The position numbers and the translations under genes were made by a program. This document shows, one piece after another, positions 53,947-64,000 of a DNA stretch of 64,000 bases. The stretch spans positions 18,384-82,383 of the IMG/VR virus record IMGVR_UViG_3300029288_005871, one strand, 5' to 3'. A model generated the notes under the pieces. The model did no database searches. It was not told where the DNA came from and worked only from the letters and a program-made list of their open reading frames with translations. This stretch comes from a virus. Lineage: Duplodnaviria; Caudoviricetes. Every line of letters begins with the position of its first letter. The stretch's first letter is position 1.

Positions 53947-56796
53947 TTAACTTCCTTCTATGGGAGCAGTAGGATTATCCACTGTCTCATTTTGAACCAT
54001 GTTCCTATTAATATCCTCTATCCTTTTTGATATCTGCGGCTGTCGGGATGATGCCTCAATAGAAATACTATCCGCACTATACTGGTAAGCCATTATCTGA
54101 ATGACATCGGCTGCCGCTGAAGCTAAAGTTTGATCCCAAACATCCACATCCCATTGCATCTGATCCCATCTGGAATATGTTTTAGTGTTTTGTTTTATAT
54201 TCCCTACTTTCATCATGTCGCCTACCTGTACAGCCTCTATGTTATAACCTTTATGCTGCTGTTCACCATTATTATCCAGAATAGTTATCAAAGTCCTAAT
54301 TTCAGGATCTTTCTTATCATTTATCAACCTGTTTGCCATCGTATCGGCAGTATCAGTTAAAGATACCCTGTGGTCTACATAGCTATAAGCATGACGGTTA
54401 TAAGAATTGATAGAGCCGGTATTACTGTAATGCCTGTAAAGTCCTGTACCGGAAGCCGTAGTAAAGCCGGTAAAATAAACCTCATTAATCAAATCTTCAG
54501 TCCTCCGCCATGTTTCCATCTTGGCTATTTCTTTACCGATATAAAAGATATGTTCAGCCACAGCTGGCCTGGTTTTAAAATAAACAATACCGTTAGGATC
54601 TACATACCAATACCAGCCATAAGGAGCCAGTTCAATTACTTTGTCTATTGCCTCTTTAATAGTATTAGTCTGGAAAGTATAGGAAACAGTTGTACCTGTA
54701 GAATCTATTGAAGTAGCTGTATAGTTTAAAGTTCCACCATCTGTCCGGTATTTATCCAGAATGTCTTTTAAAATATCAGTCGGGTCTTGGCTGTTATAAA
54801 CAATCTTGGTATTGCCTGAACCGTCCCTTAATATATAATTTGACAGCTCATAAATATAGCTTAAAACTGTTATTTCCACATATTCAGTATTACCGTCTAA
54901 AACAGGGCGGTAGCCCGAAATGAATCCCCTGAATAATAGTAAACCGTTAGGAGTATCCCTATCATAAACCCAAGCATCCACCCGATTACCTAATTTGACA
55001 TCCACGTCTTCGCCAAAATCATCAAAATTCCTTTTTAATTTAACAATCAATTCCCCTGGCCCGCCATTTATGACAGTTCTGAAACTGGGTAAACTGACTA
55101 CTTCAGATGACCAGGTAGTTTTATAAGTCTGACCATCATAGACCTTATAATCAAAAAACTTCCAGTACCAGTCGGTTTGGGGAAAGTTTTTCCAGACAAA
55201 ATAATCATAAACCGTTAAATTAGTATTGACAGCTGCATTGTTTCCCAGATTTAAAGTTGAACCGTTATTGGCATAAAAGCCATTATTAATGATCGCATTA
55301 TTACCAAACCTTTCCGTTTCTTCAGAATCCATCGCCTGGTCAATTACATAGACAGGTTCATTAGATGACCTTCCTTGTATCCAAGCCATTTCAGCATTAA
55401 AAGGTACACCTGCTATCCTGCCATTAGTTCCATCGCCGGTATAAGTCCCCATCTGGAAAAATCCAGGCTTAGTCTTAAAAGCAATGTAATAATAAACAGT
55501 TCCACTGGTATTCACCCTGTCATTAGTGCCTATTTGGAACCCGTCAGTTAAAATCGCTTGAATATGGTCAGTAGCCGTAGCTCCAGTGAAAAGATAAGTG
55601 GTATCGCCAGTTCGTAAAGAATGCCTGTAGCATCCTGCTTGGCTGGTGTTAGCTTTTATTATTACCAGATCAGGCTGGAAACCTAAACCAGTAATTGCCC
55701 TGTCATCAGTTCCATCGCCAGTATAAGAACCAATATGAAAGTCTTTAGCACTATTATCCCTGAAACAGATATAATAATGGGTTTGGCCATTGGTGTTAAC
55801 TGTTGCATTAGTTCCTAAAGTAAAACCGTCATAGTTAAAAGCAGTTATCCCGCCAGAAAATCCAGCTGCCGCATTGGAAAAATACATGGTTGTATCGGCT
55901 GGCAAGGCAATTGCACTCCAGACAGCATACTGGTTAGGAGTCCAGATCCAGATAAAAGTTGGCTTAAAACCCAATCCGTTTATCCTTAAAACTGCTCCAG
56001 TCCCTGTATATATTCCTGTTATCATTTGTGTTTCCCGTCTGGCAGTAACTACAGGAGCAGTAGCTAAAGTAGTAGTCGTAGAAGAAGTACTGGTTGAAGT
56101 TGAACGTGTAGTAGATATGGTTGTTGAGGTGCTTTTGGAAGTAGTCGTTGAACTGGTAGACGTTGATTTAGTAGTAGAAGTAGAAAGGCTGGTTGAAGTG
56201 GATTTAGAAGTAGTTGTTGATCTGGTAGTAGAGGTAGAACTACTGGTAGTCGTTGATGAAGTAGACGTTGATTTAGTAGTAGAAGTAGATGTAGTAAAGA
56301 CAGTTGTATCATCATAATAAGTCTTAAATGATTGGTCACTGACGGCTGTAGCTGACCAAGTGGAACCGTTAAAAACCGTATTGCCATAATTGGCAATTAC
56401 TGAAGCGTCATTAAAATCCCAAAGTATGGCAGCAGATGTCGAAAAATCATAATCTCCCTGTAAAACAGTCCAGTATTTTGTGCCATTATATAAAGTAGCA
56501 GCTGAAGCAAAAGAAAACTGGATAAAAGCAGAAGATGTTCCTATAGATGATACATCTACATTAGCTGATGTTGCTAATACTGATCCGCTGGGAGAATCAC
56601 TATTATCGCTTTCAATAGTAATCCAGACATTGCCTGTTGGAGAATTAGACCTGTATAAAGACAAATCTATCCGTGGACACTGGGCAATATAGGTAGGGGT
56701 AAAGCTTTGTGCTATTTTAACCTGTGTATCAGCAGCATACCTTAAATGCCAAGTACTATCATGTGAAGTCTGATTGATATCTAAAACTGTAGCCAT
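53947..56796 (-). CDS. multidomain tail protein: adhesin-like domain, S/T-rich linker, YTG repeats, C-terminal baseplate hub-like domain
   Basis: AQSFTP..., long T/S tract, GSYTGDG repeats, GWYWYVD..G.VYFK; follows the distal tail gene. Confidence 0.75.
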   Translation of the reverse strand: MATVLDINQTSHDSTWHLRYAADTQVKIAQSFTPTYIAQCPRIDLSLYRSNSPTGNVWITIESDNSDSPSGSVLATSANVDVSSIGTSSAFIQFSFASAATLYNGTKYWTVLQGDYDFSTSAAILWDFNDASVIANYGNTVFNGSTWSATAVSDQSFKTYYDDTTVFTTSTSTTKSTSTSSTTTSSSTSTTRSTTTSKSTSTSLSTSTTKSTSTSSTTTSKSTSTTISTTRSTSTSTSSTTTTLATAPVVTARRETQMITGIYTGTGAVLRINGLGFKPTFIWIWTPNQYAVWSAIALPADTTMYFSNAAAGFSGGITAFNYDGFTLGTNATVNTNGQTHYYICFRDNSAKDFHIGSYTGDGTDDRAITGLGFQPDLVIIKANTSQAGCYRHSLRTGDTTYLFTGATATDHIQAILTDGFQIGTNDRVNTSGTVYYYIAFKTKPGFFQMGTYTGDGTNGRIAGVPFNAEMAWIQGRSSNEPVYVIDQAMDSEETERFGNNAIINNGFYANNGSTLNLGNNAAVNTNLTVYDYFVWKNFPQTDWYWKFFDYKVYDGQTYKTTWSSEVVSLPSFRTVINGGPGELIVKLKRNFDDFGEDVDVKLGNRVDAWVYDRDTPNGLLLFRGFISGYRPVLDGNTEYVEITVLSYIYELSNYILRDGSGNTKIVYNSQDPTDILKDILDKYRTDGGTLNYTATSIDSTGTTVSYTFQTNTIKEAIDKVIELAPYGWYWYVDPNGIVYFKTRPAVAEHIFYIGKEIAKMETWRRTEDLINEVYFTGFTTASGTGLYRHYSNTGSINSYNRHAYSYVDHRVSLTDTADTMANRLINDKKDPEIRTLITILDNNGEQQHKGYNIEAVQVGDMMKVGNIKQNTKTYSRWDQMQWDVDVWDQTLASAAADVIQIMAYQYSADSISIEASSRQPQISKRIEDINRNMVQNETVDNPTAPIEGS

Positions 56797-56799
56797 ACA

Positions 56800-57576
56800 T
56801 TATAAATACCTCGGTCTATAAATAAGATCTAAACTCCCGCCTTGGCAGGTTCCTGACCAAGTAGTAGTAAAAGTAGTTGACCCTGGTTCCCATCTGGGGA
56901 AAAGTCCAGCCGGTTCAACCTTATTGCTTCCTTCATAAACCAACAGGTTCTGGAAATCAAACTTGACAAAGTTACCGTAAGCCAAAGTATGGTTTCCTCC
57001 TGACCAGGTAGTTGTTTCAGCAGTCGGGTCATAACTTATGATTATTCCAGAAGTAGTGGTAGAACCGCTTGTTCCAGGAGCGGTATAAACAATTGTTGGC
57101 TCGGCAAAGACAGAACCGGAAACAGTTAGGGTATAAGATAAAGAAGCTGTACCCGATGTAACTGTCCAAGAAACAGTTTGTTGCGGTCCCAAAAAAAACG
57201 GATCAGCTGCCACCAGTTCCATATCAAAAGATGTCATCGACTGGCTATAATGCGGAGTCGGTACAGAAACAGATGCTACTGTCGCTAATATCTCCCTGTC
57301 GGTATCGACAGAAAAAGTACCTGATTTTTTTCTGGTGATATTGTCATGGAAATCATCAATCAAAGTAATCAATTGGGCATTAGAATCAGCTATTATATAA
57401 CCAGCCAACTTCATTCTTCTCTCGGCAAATTCAGCTGCCAATAGCTTTTTCCCAGGTTTTCTGGATACTGTTTCCATCTGGAATTCACGGTTTGGAGGAG
57501 TTCTGACATCAACTTCAGTCGTAATATAATTACTATCCTGTAATGAAAAATTATCAAATGTCGGTGTTAGTGCCAT
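56800..57576 (-). CDS. distal tail (Dit)-like protein
   Basis: After tape measure; F..E..A.DPFFLG; ends YRPRYL. Confidence 0.8.
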   Translation of the reverse strand: MALTPTFDNFSLQDSNYITTEVDVRTPPNREFQMETVSRKPGKKLLAAEFAERRMKLAGYIIADSNAQLITLIDDFHDNITRKKSGTFSVDTDREILATVASVSVPTPHYSQSMTSFDMELVAADPFFLGPQQTVSWTVTSGTASLSYTLTVSGSVFAEPTIVYTAPGTSGSTTTSGIIISYDPTAETTTWSGGNHTLAYGNFVKFDFQNLLVYEGSNKVEPAGLFPRWEPGSTTFTTTWSGTCQGGSLDLIYRPRYL

Positions 57577-57588
57577 AAAAATCCTTTC

Positions 57589-60201
57589 TTAAAACATTCC
57601 ATACCTGCTTAATTCATTTTGTCGGCCTAAAGTCCTGATGATCTGGTTTGCCAGTTGGTTAACTCTGTCTTCATTGTCAAGTGTTACATCACCGTTTAGA
57701 TTGATCGTTAAACTCATTCCGCTACCTCCGCCTAAATTAGTATCCACTCCGGTTCTTGAAACTATTCTTTCTCCTCCATGAGCCAGTATCGGTACAGGTG
57801 CTCCAATTGCTCCTGGTACTATCCCACCATGCTGAAAAGCAACAGTTCCTTTAACATAACCTAATTTGGTAGCTTCAGCTGCTTTTCCTAAAGCATTACC
57901 TATAGCACCTTTAATATCATCAAAAACTTTTATTATTTTGTCTTTCCAACCGATAATAACATTCCAAGCATTTTGTAAGCCATCTATAAAAGCCTGTTTT
58001 AAATTTACAAGCATTTCGGCAATCTTGCCAGGAATAGTATTCAACCAATTCATTATTTTGGTTGGCCAAGTGGAAACTTCATTAGTCACATTAGTTCCTG
58101 CCAAAATGATATTGCTCCAAAGATCAAAACCAAATTTAGCTATAGCACCTAGTACATTTATAATTAAATTAGTTATCCAAGTTAAAAATCTTCCTGGCCA
58201 AGTAGAAACCTCTGTTATAATATTTGTTCCCAGTTTTATAAATTCATTAATCACCCTAACCTCAAAATTCGGTAAAGCTACTAACCATAAGCCCAAAGCG
58301 AAACCAAACATAGTAGGTAAATCTACTACAAAAAAGTTGTAAATAGCAGTAACTATTTTTTGGGGTAATTCAGCAAAAAAAGTAACAGTAGAATTGATAA
58401 AATTACCTATAGATATCAATAAATTATTAAAAGCAGTTGGTACAGTTATCAGGAAAAAGTCTATGATTGTAGACATTGCATTGACTATTAAATCCCTACC
58501 AATTTCATAAGCAGCTGTAATTTGATCCCAATTTTTTATAATCATTACTGCTAGTATTCCAAATATGGCTCCCAAAATAATTATAGGAGCCAGTGCAGCC
58601 ATTGTAGCTATGGCTGCGGCTCCAGCAGCAGCAGCCTGAGCCAAAAAAGCAGGAACTAAAGTAACTAAAATAATAGCTACTACACCAGCAATGGCACCAA
58701 TCACATAATCTAAGTTTTCCACAAGGAACTTAAAAACCTTACTTAAAACAGGTTCAATCTTTTTGAAAGCACTAATTAATGCAGAAGCAATTTCAGTGGT
58801 AGTGGAATATACAGATTGAGCAAAATTAACAAAAGATGTTTTTACCTTATCTATACCTCCAGCTTGATCAATAAAATACATCATCGCTTTTCCTACCAGA
58901 AAAAAAGCAGGAGCTAAAATAACCATCAATTTTGCCATAGCTATCCATGGACCCAAAAGCCATATTAAAGCTGGTAGTAATAAAACGGTAATTATAGTAG
59001 CTATTGCTATTAATGCGTCTTTATTTTTTAAGAGTGAATCTACAAAATTAGCCACATCATAACGGTGAGCCATCAAAAAGTCTGATAAACCTTTAGCTCC
59101 TTGTTTAAGATAATAAAAGATGCTTCCTTCCCTGACATTTAGGTTTTTATCTATTCCTAAAATAGAAGAAGACATTACTTGTATCTGATCAACTATATTT
59201 CTGGTTAAACCCCAAAAGGTATTCAGCATTGCTTCATTAGCTCCTTTATATTTCCAAACCAAAGCATCCATTATGGCAATAGCTGTATCTTTTCCAGTTA
59301 GTCCCAATTTAGATACTTTTTGCAGATCAGCCATTATTTCTTCAGTACTTTTATGGAATGCAGTTGTAGATGTAGTACTTCCTAAAGCCGAGTTATAAGT
59401 ATTAATAGATCCTTGAGCCTTATCTAATGCCAAACGTGTACTCATGACAGATTTTTCGGCATTTAAAAAAGATTTTGAAGCTGGATCAACTCCTTTGTCT
59501 TTTAATGCTTTTAATCTAGCCTCAGCAGCTTGATATCCTTTAGTTAATATCGGCAATTTTTCAGAAGCACTCTGGAAAGCATTTACCTGAGCTTTTGAAG
59601 CTCCACCACTGGTTACTACCGCATCTGTATATCCTTTAAGCTGTACCGCACCAGAAGATAAAGCTTCTGCCAAAGTTCTCATGACAGGGATATTGGCATT
59701 ATTAAACTGTTTATTAAGTTCTTCCAAAGAGGGTACGCCTTTTATAAAAGTCTGGGTTAAAGCTCTTTGTGCATTCTCAAGCTCCAATATTCCACCACCA
59801 GTTGCCGATACCGCATTAGTCAGTGCATCCATTCCTTTTACACTGGTATCTACATCTTTTACCTGTCCAATCATTCTGGCACCAAGAGTAGTTATTTCCT
59901 TAGTTGTAAAACTAGACTTTAAGGCTAAATTGATTAAAGATTGGGAAAATTTACTGGCTTCCGCCTCATTAGCGGTTAAAAACCTAGTCATCACACCAGC
60001 TTTTTCAAAATCAGCAGCTACATCTATTACACTCTTTCCAACTAAAGATAAGGCACCAGCGACCTCTGCACTGGCTAATTTAGCATCATTCATTAGACTA
60101 CTTAATGAACCGCTTATACCTCCAACTGCCTTTTGTACGACAGCAGTTGCCTTATCTACGGCTTCGATGATGATTTGGACTGAATTTGTTGAATCTGCCA
60201 T
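57589..60201 (-). CDS. tail tape measure protein
   Basis: Tape-measure N-domain, hydrophobic repeats, FQHGGIVPG...AHGGE. Confidence 0.92.
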   Translation of the reverse strand: MADSTNSVQIIIEAVDKATAVVQKAVGGISGSLSSLMNDAKLASAEVAGALSLVGKSVIDVAADFEKAGVMTRFLTANEAEASKFSQSLINLALKSSFTTKEITTLGARMIGQVKDVDTSVKGMDALTNAVSATGGGILELENAQRALTQTFIKGVPSLEELNKQFNNANIPVMRTLAEALSSGAVQLKGYTDAVVTSGGASKAQVNAFQSASEKLPILTKGYQAAEARLKALKDKGVDPASKSFLNAEKSVMSTRLALDKAQGSINTYNSALGSTTSTTAFHKSTEEIMADLQKVSKLGLTGKDTAIAIMDALVWKYKGANEAMLNTFWGLTRNIVDQIQVMSSSILGIDKNLNVREGSIFYYLKQGAKGLSDFLMAHRYDVANFVDSLLKNKDALIAIATIITVLLLPALIWLLGPWIAMAKLMVILAPAFFLVGKAMMYFIDQAGGIDKVKTSFVNFAQSVYSTTTEIASALISAFKKIEPVLSKVFKFLVENLDYVIGAIAGVVAIILVTLVPAFLAQAAAAGAAAIATMAALAPIIILGAIFGILAVMIIKNWDQITAAYEIGRDLIVNAMSTIIDFFLITVPTAFNNLLISIGNFINSTVTFFAELPQKIVTAIYNFFVVDLPTMFGFALGLWLVALPNFEVRVINEFIKLGTNIITEVSTWPGRFLTWITNLIINVLGAIAKFGFDLWSNIILAGTNVTNEVSTWPTKIMNWLNTIPGKIAEMLVNLKQAFIDGLQNAWNVIIGWKDKIIKVFDDIKGAIGNALGKAAEATKLGYVKGTVAFQHGGIVPGAIGAPVPILAHGGERIVSRTGVDTNLGGGSGMSLTINLNGDVTLDNEDRVNQLANQIIRTLGRQNELSRYGMF

Positions 60202-60202
60202 A

Positions 60203-60415
60203 TTATTTATGTTTAATCCTGCTGGCTTGCCTTTCCAGCTTTTTATTTTCCTTTTCTTCTTTTTGGGCTATTTGGTTCATGATTAAAAGTATTTCCTCTA
60301 TAAAAAAGGCGGGCTGCGACATATAAGTAAAGTAATCCCAGCCGAATTCCTTGCAAATGACATAACGCAAGTAAGCTTCTGAATTTATTCCTTTCTTCCC
60401 GTAAAGACTCCCCAC
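60203..60415 (-). CDS. tail assembly chaperone, frameshifted (T) part
   Basis: Lies in the -1 frame after the A9 run at 60431-60439. Confidence 0.8.
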   Translation of the reverse strand: MGSLYGKKGINSEAYLRYVICKEFGWDYFTYMSQPAFFIEEILLIMNQIAQKEEKENKKLERQASRIKHK

Positions 60416-60426
60416 CAGATCCTTAA

Positions 60427-60795
60427 CTAATTTTTTTTTACCTCTGGGGTAATTTGGGAAGACTGGATCGCCTTATTTACTTGGTCATATATCTTGTTGC
60501 CGTCATCTATTAATAGGTTAGACAACCATTCCTGGGAATAGCTTTTAACTTCGTCTTCTTTATTTATTGTTTTAATCAGGAACCCAGCTGTCTTGTCTTG
60601 CGCCTCCATGTATATTTCTGGCGACAGGTTCTCCATTTTTCCGGTTTCAGCATTGAAGTTCCCACCCTTGAGCATCATTTTCTGGACTTCACGGAATTCT
60701 CCAGTAGTCAAGTATTTATACATAACTACGGTTTCTCCATTATCCAGTTTGACCTCAAGGGTGGGAATATTTGCTTTTAAACTTGTATCACTCAC
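60427..60795 (-). CDS. tail assembly chaperone (G)
   Basis: Between tail tube and tape measure; ends GTA AAA AAA AAT TAG. Confidence 0.85.
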   Translation of the reverse strand: MSDTSLKANIPTLEVKLDNGETVVMYKYLTTGEFREVQKMMLKGGNFNAETGKMENLSPEIYMEAQDKTAGFLIKTINKEDEVKSYSQEWLSNLLIDDGNKIYDQVNKAIQSSQITPEVKKN

Positions 60796-60833
60796 ACCCG
60801 ATCACCTCCTTTATTGATTTATTAATTTATTAA

Positions 60834-61814
60834 TTAAGCATATATTGCTGCTTTAGAATTTCTTGCTCTTATATCAATTAACCGTGTCGCTGTTCCTGGA
60901 TCTATATAATCCTCGGCTACAAAGTCACAGTTGACTACATAAAAATCATCTAAACCAGTGCTTACTTCAGCTTCATTTAATCTGAATCTGGATAACCTTA
61001 TCCGCAGATCCTCATTATTTATTCCGCTGGCGGTTAATATCATCGCCTGTTTGGTTAGCTTGTAATAAGCTTCCCTTTCATTAGTGCTGTCAAAAAATAA
61101 AGTATAAGATCCGCTTACTCTTATTCCTTTACTTCTGATAGCTGATACATCAGAACTTCCGCTTCTATGGATTACTTCCAGATTATTGGCAATTGTCAAG
61201 TTAAACTCACTAAGCGGTGTTGATGTTGCCGCTAATGCCGTTGTTAAAGTATTCCCGAACTGGACAAAATAATCTTTAAAAGACAGGACAGTTCCAGATT
61301 GTGTTGTAACTGTTTGAGCTGCCCCTGTTGACGGGAATTGAGCCTGAAAAGATGCTGAAATCGTTGCCAGACCATCAGAAACGGCAAAAGTAAGCTCATC
61401 AATAGCCGCATAAGTATATTGTTCCACATCTGTTGTTCCACGGGATTGAATCAATGTTGCGGTTAATGGTGTATTACCGGAAACAGTACTGTAAAACAAA
61501 TGGTCGCTTGGCGTACCGGCAGTATATATTTCATTGCCTAGTGCCAATTTCCAAAAATAACCAGCATTCCATACGTCACACAACATTTCTATATCGCCTT
61601 CACTCCATCTTTTACCTATTACTGAATCCTTATCCATTATCCGTGTAGTCTTGGCGGCGATATTTTCTATCGGCTCGTGATGTCCCCGCATACTGATATC
61701 GGTATAATTAAGATAGGTTGATGCGGTAGTATTGGCTGTACCAGGAGCTGACTCTATAGCCAAACCTACTGAACCTAATCTACCGATTAAAATATTTGTA
61801 TCTGTTTGTGCCAT
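60834..61814 (-). CDS. tail tube protein
   Basis: G.AIES.PG..., G..SEGDI, V.GSYTL.F; position. Confidence 0.8.
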   Translation of the reverse strand: MAQTDTNILIGRLGSVGLAIESAPGTANTTASTYLNYTDISMRGHHEPIENIAAKTTRIMDKDSVIGKRWSEGDIEMLCDVWNAGYFWKLALGNEIYTAGTPSDHLFYSTVSGNTPLTATLIQSRGTTDVEQYTYAAIDELTFAVSDGLATISASFQAQFPSTGAAQTVTTQSGTVLSFKDYFVQFGNTLTTALAATSTPLSEFNLTIANNLEVIHRSGSSDVSAIRSKGIRVSGSYTLFFDSTNEREAYYKLTKQAMILTASGINNEDLRIRLSRFRLNEAEVSTGLDDFYVVNCDFVAEDYIDPGTATRLIDIRARNSKAAIYA

Positions 61815-61832
61815 CTAGTTTTTCACCTCCCC

Positions 61833-62285
61833 TCATAATCCAGTATTTATAATTTCATGAGCTTCTATTTTTACTTCCAGAATTCGAGTGTCAAGTTCCC
61901 TGTCTATATATGCAGTATCCCAAGAAACTGGTATTACATATTTACAGACTCCAGACAAAGTTGTATCCCTATCGAGAGCCGTTTGTAGTTCGTCCATGAC
62001 GGTTATTGATATGTTTTCCGCCGCTTGGACTCCTTGTCCCATTTTGCTTTGTTCCTGGTATACTCTGACCCAAAACCCCTGTTTTCTTAGGTTATGCACA
62101 TTACTGGCAAAACTTCCTTCACCCTCAGCCATAGTCAAAACAGCGAAAGGATAATTACCGCTTGGATTACCTGTCGGATAGGCATAAGCAGCTTTTAAAG
62201 ATGTCATGCTATTTAACTTTACCAAAAGTGAATCCCTGATATTTACTACGCTCATATTTTTATCCTCTGGTACCACTTCTTTCAT
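61833..62285 (-). CDS. tail terminator-like protein
   Basis: Position; ALDRD.TL.G. Confidence 0.65.
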   Translation of the reverse strand: MKEVVPEDKNMSVVNIRDSLLVKLNSMTSLKAAYAYPTGNPSGNYPFAVLTMAEGEGSFASNVHNLRKQGFWVRVYQEQSKMGQGVQAAENISITVMDELQTALDRDTTLSGVCKYVIPVSWDTAYIDRELDTRILEVKIEAHEIINTGL

Positions 62286-62769
62286 ACCACATTACTATCC
62301 TGTCTCCTAAATCACCGACATATTTAGACATCGTAGGTTGCACCCAGTCAAAAGTCTGTTCTACAAACTTTTGTGCCTTGTATCCGCTTTCCTTTATTTT
62401 CCTGCCAAGTAAAAACAAGGCACTATTAGATGTTTCCAGTCCTCTGGCCATTGCCCATCTCTCTAAATTTATTTTTGGCGGGGCTTTGCCTTGTCCAGTA
62501 CTTCCTACCTCTTGGTAATATCCATGTTTTGATCCTGGTCCGATTTCCCTTCTCCCTGTTGACGGTTTTATCCTTATGCTTTGCATTAATTCTCCAGTTG
62601 CTTTTGGTGCTTCATTCTGCATTTTTGCCAAAGTAACTGATGCTATCCTGTCCAAAGCCTGTTCTATTTCCGATGGTATGTTTCTAGCCATCTCCTGCAA
62701 GGCTGGCTGGGCATTATTAACAATTGTTACTTTATAATCAATCATATTTATTTTATTCAGTTGTCTCAA
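62260..62769 (-). CDS. HK97 gp10-like neck protein
   Basis: AP..TGEL..SI, Y.E.G, I..W...RG. Confidence 0.8.
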   Translation of the reverse strand: MRQLNKINMIDYKVTIVNNAQPALQEMARNIPSEIEQALDRIASVTLAKMQNEAPKATGELMQSIRIKPSTGRREIGPGSKHGYYQEVGSTGQGKAPPKINLERWAMARGLETSNSALFLLGRKIKESGYKAQKFVEQTFDWVQPTMSKYVGDLGDRIVMWYERSGTRG

Positions 62770-63079
62770 ACTTATTAACTAAAAGTTCTATATGCGGTAT
62801 CAAATCCGGTGAAAGCCAATTAGTTCTTCCCTTCACTATAAATACTTCATTAGTCACCGTATCTACCAGCTTATCCCCTGGCAATATGCCGGAAGCCGTT
62901 GTAAAAGCTATATATGTCTGGCCAAAAGTTCCTTCTGCTAGAATTGTATCCTCACTTGAGGCTGGTTGACAATTTATCGAAGTATTAGAAAGAGCATCGT
63001 GTTTAACGTAAGACTCTTTATTTGTATTATTGTTATCTTTTGAAAGCCTATAAACGTCTATATTACGATCCAGAATCAT
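62753..63079 (-). CDS. head closure/head-tail adaptor
   Basis: Position; I..GDKL.D....F.VKG...H.E. Confidence 0.7.
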   Translation of the reverse strand: MILDRNIDVYRLSKDNNNTNKESYVKHDALSNTSINCQPASSEDTILAEGTFGQTYIAFTTASGILPGDKLVDTVTNEVFIVKGRTNWLSPDLIPHIELLVNKFETTE

Positions 63080-63082
63080 AAT

Positions 63083-63750
63083 TTACACCCATGCACTTAC
63101 TAATCTATAAGGATTCAACATCCTTTTGGCAATTTTTATATACGAACTTTCCCCATCTGTAGTTTCTGCCCATCGCTTACTAATTCTCCCCTGTGTTAAA
63201 GCAGTTAATCCTTCCTTATTGGCTTGTCGCATGAAAGTATCAGCGGTATAATAGGTAGTTGCCAAAGAAATCGGTCTAGGGATAGTACTATAGCCACCTA
63301 CATAACATACTTTAGTAAAAAAGCGGGAAAACTTAATATTGGCAAAGTTATATAAAAGTGTTGAAGTAGTAGTATAAAGCTCAAAGTTAGGGTAAATGAT
63401 GATATTTTTTCTGGTAGGAATCATATAACGGGTATTACCGCCACCAGCATCCAAATTTAAAGTTAAAGACAATGAACCTTTAACAATATTTATTGACTGT
63501 AATGATTCAACCGGATATTTTCTTGGCTGAATTATCAAATTCAAATCTCCATCTACTACTGATTCACATAACTCATTAGTAATCGTTTCCAGTTTACAAC
63601 CTGAAACAGTTGTATAACCCAGATAATTATTTACCTCATCTTCAGCCGTAGATATCCAAGTATCTATCTGATTGCTAAAAGAAGAATCAATATCTATAAG
63701 TAATAAATTTTCCAGCGATGCCTCATCAGTATAACCGTAAGTACTTGCCA
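63083..63750 (-). CDS. head-tail connector (gp6/gp15-like)
   Basis: Probable start MASTYGY at 63750; A...VNNYLG, Y..GYS.IP..I..A, L.PYR. Confidence 0.75.
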
Positions 63751-63864
63751 TAAAAAAAGATTCCTTTCTATTTATTCCTAATTGCTTTCTTTCTGCCTTC
63801 GCCTCTACCAGAAAGAATAATAGAGGCGAAGAACAATTAGGCTTCGCCATTCCCCAAAAGCCTT

Positions 63865-64000
63865 TTAAACTTCTCCTACCATGAATTCCAACTGGAATGG
63901 TTCTCCGATCACTTTCAACGCCGCCGCTTCCAAAATAAAGCTGACGTATGAGAAGCTGGTAGACGGTACATCTACCCTTGACATCGGGATCAAATCCTCA
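63865..64000 (-). CDS. 3' end of probable major capsid protein (partial)
   Basis: Open frame EDLIPMSRVDVPSTSFSYVSFILEAAALKVIGEPFQLEFMVGEV* upstream of the connector. Confidence 0.55.
   Translation of the reverse strand, partial: EDLIPMSRVDVPSTSFSYVSFILEAAALKVIGEPFQLEFMVGEV

Noticed and set aside
55874-56396. ORFs 55874..56317 (+) and 56064..56396 (-)
   Set aside because: Shadow frames of the S/T-rich linker.
1-64000. Diversity-generating retroelement, tRNA genes, integrase/att sites
   Set aside because: No reverse transcriptase, TR/VR pair, cloverleaf with T-loop motif or recombinase recognised.
1-64000. Most 60-200 aa ORFs antisense to long genes in the track
   Set aside because: No RBS or motifs, and fully overlapped by well-supported genes on the other strand.
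1-64000. Definite host assignment (e.g. Patescibacteria)
   Set aside because: The SLT type, surface proteins and TIGR locus are suggestive, but nothing in the sequence alone is decisive.

Overview
An AT-rich, probably near-complete tailed (siphovirus-like) phage genome; no integrase, RT or cas gene is visible in the window. On the minus strand: terminase, portal and an intein-containing head morphogenesis gene, interleaved with a large glycosyltransferase/methyltransferase cluster (1-17.8 kb); a complete ubiquitin-like conjugation operon (E1, Ubl, E2, JAB) with an inserted HNH gene; ribA; primase-helicase; an O-like initiator with iterons; a split, dual-coded cytosine methyltransferase; and two RHH genes around a repeat cluster. 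A plus-strand 'early' block (34.5-44.1 kb) holds small genes separated by a repeated conserved hairpin, three ORFs each enclosed by its own 25-27 bp inverted repeat, and truncated clamp, ComM and RadA homologues. A minus-strand unit follows: promoter, TasA-like Nop-domain gene, dual-repeat TIGR array, unknown ORF, rtcB. Lysis, tail and head-tail genes and the probable 3' end of the major capsid gene complete the window. The strongest leads are the TIGR-Tas locus, the phage-borne ubiquitin-like operon, the ORF-enclosing stems and hairpin cassette array, and the three-part methyltransferase. All family assignments come from motif recognition by eye; no database searches were run.
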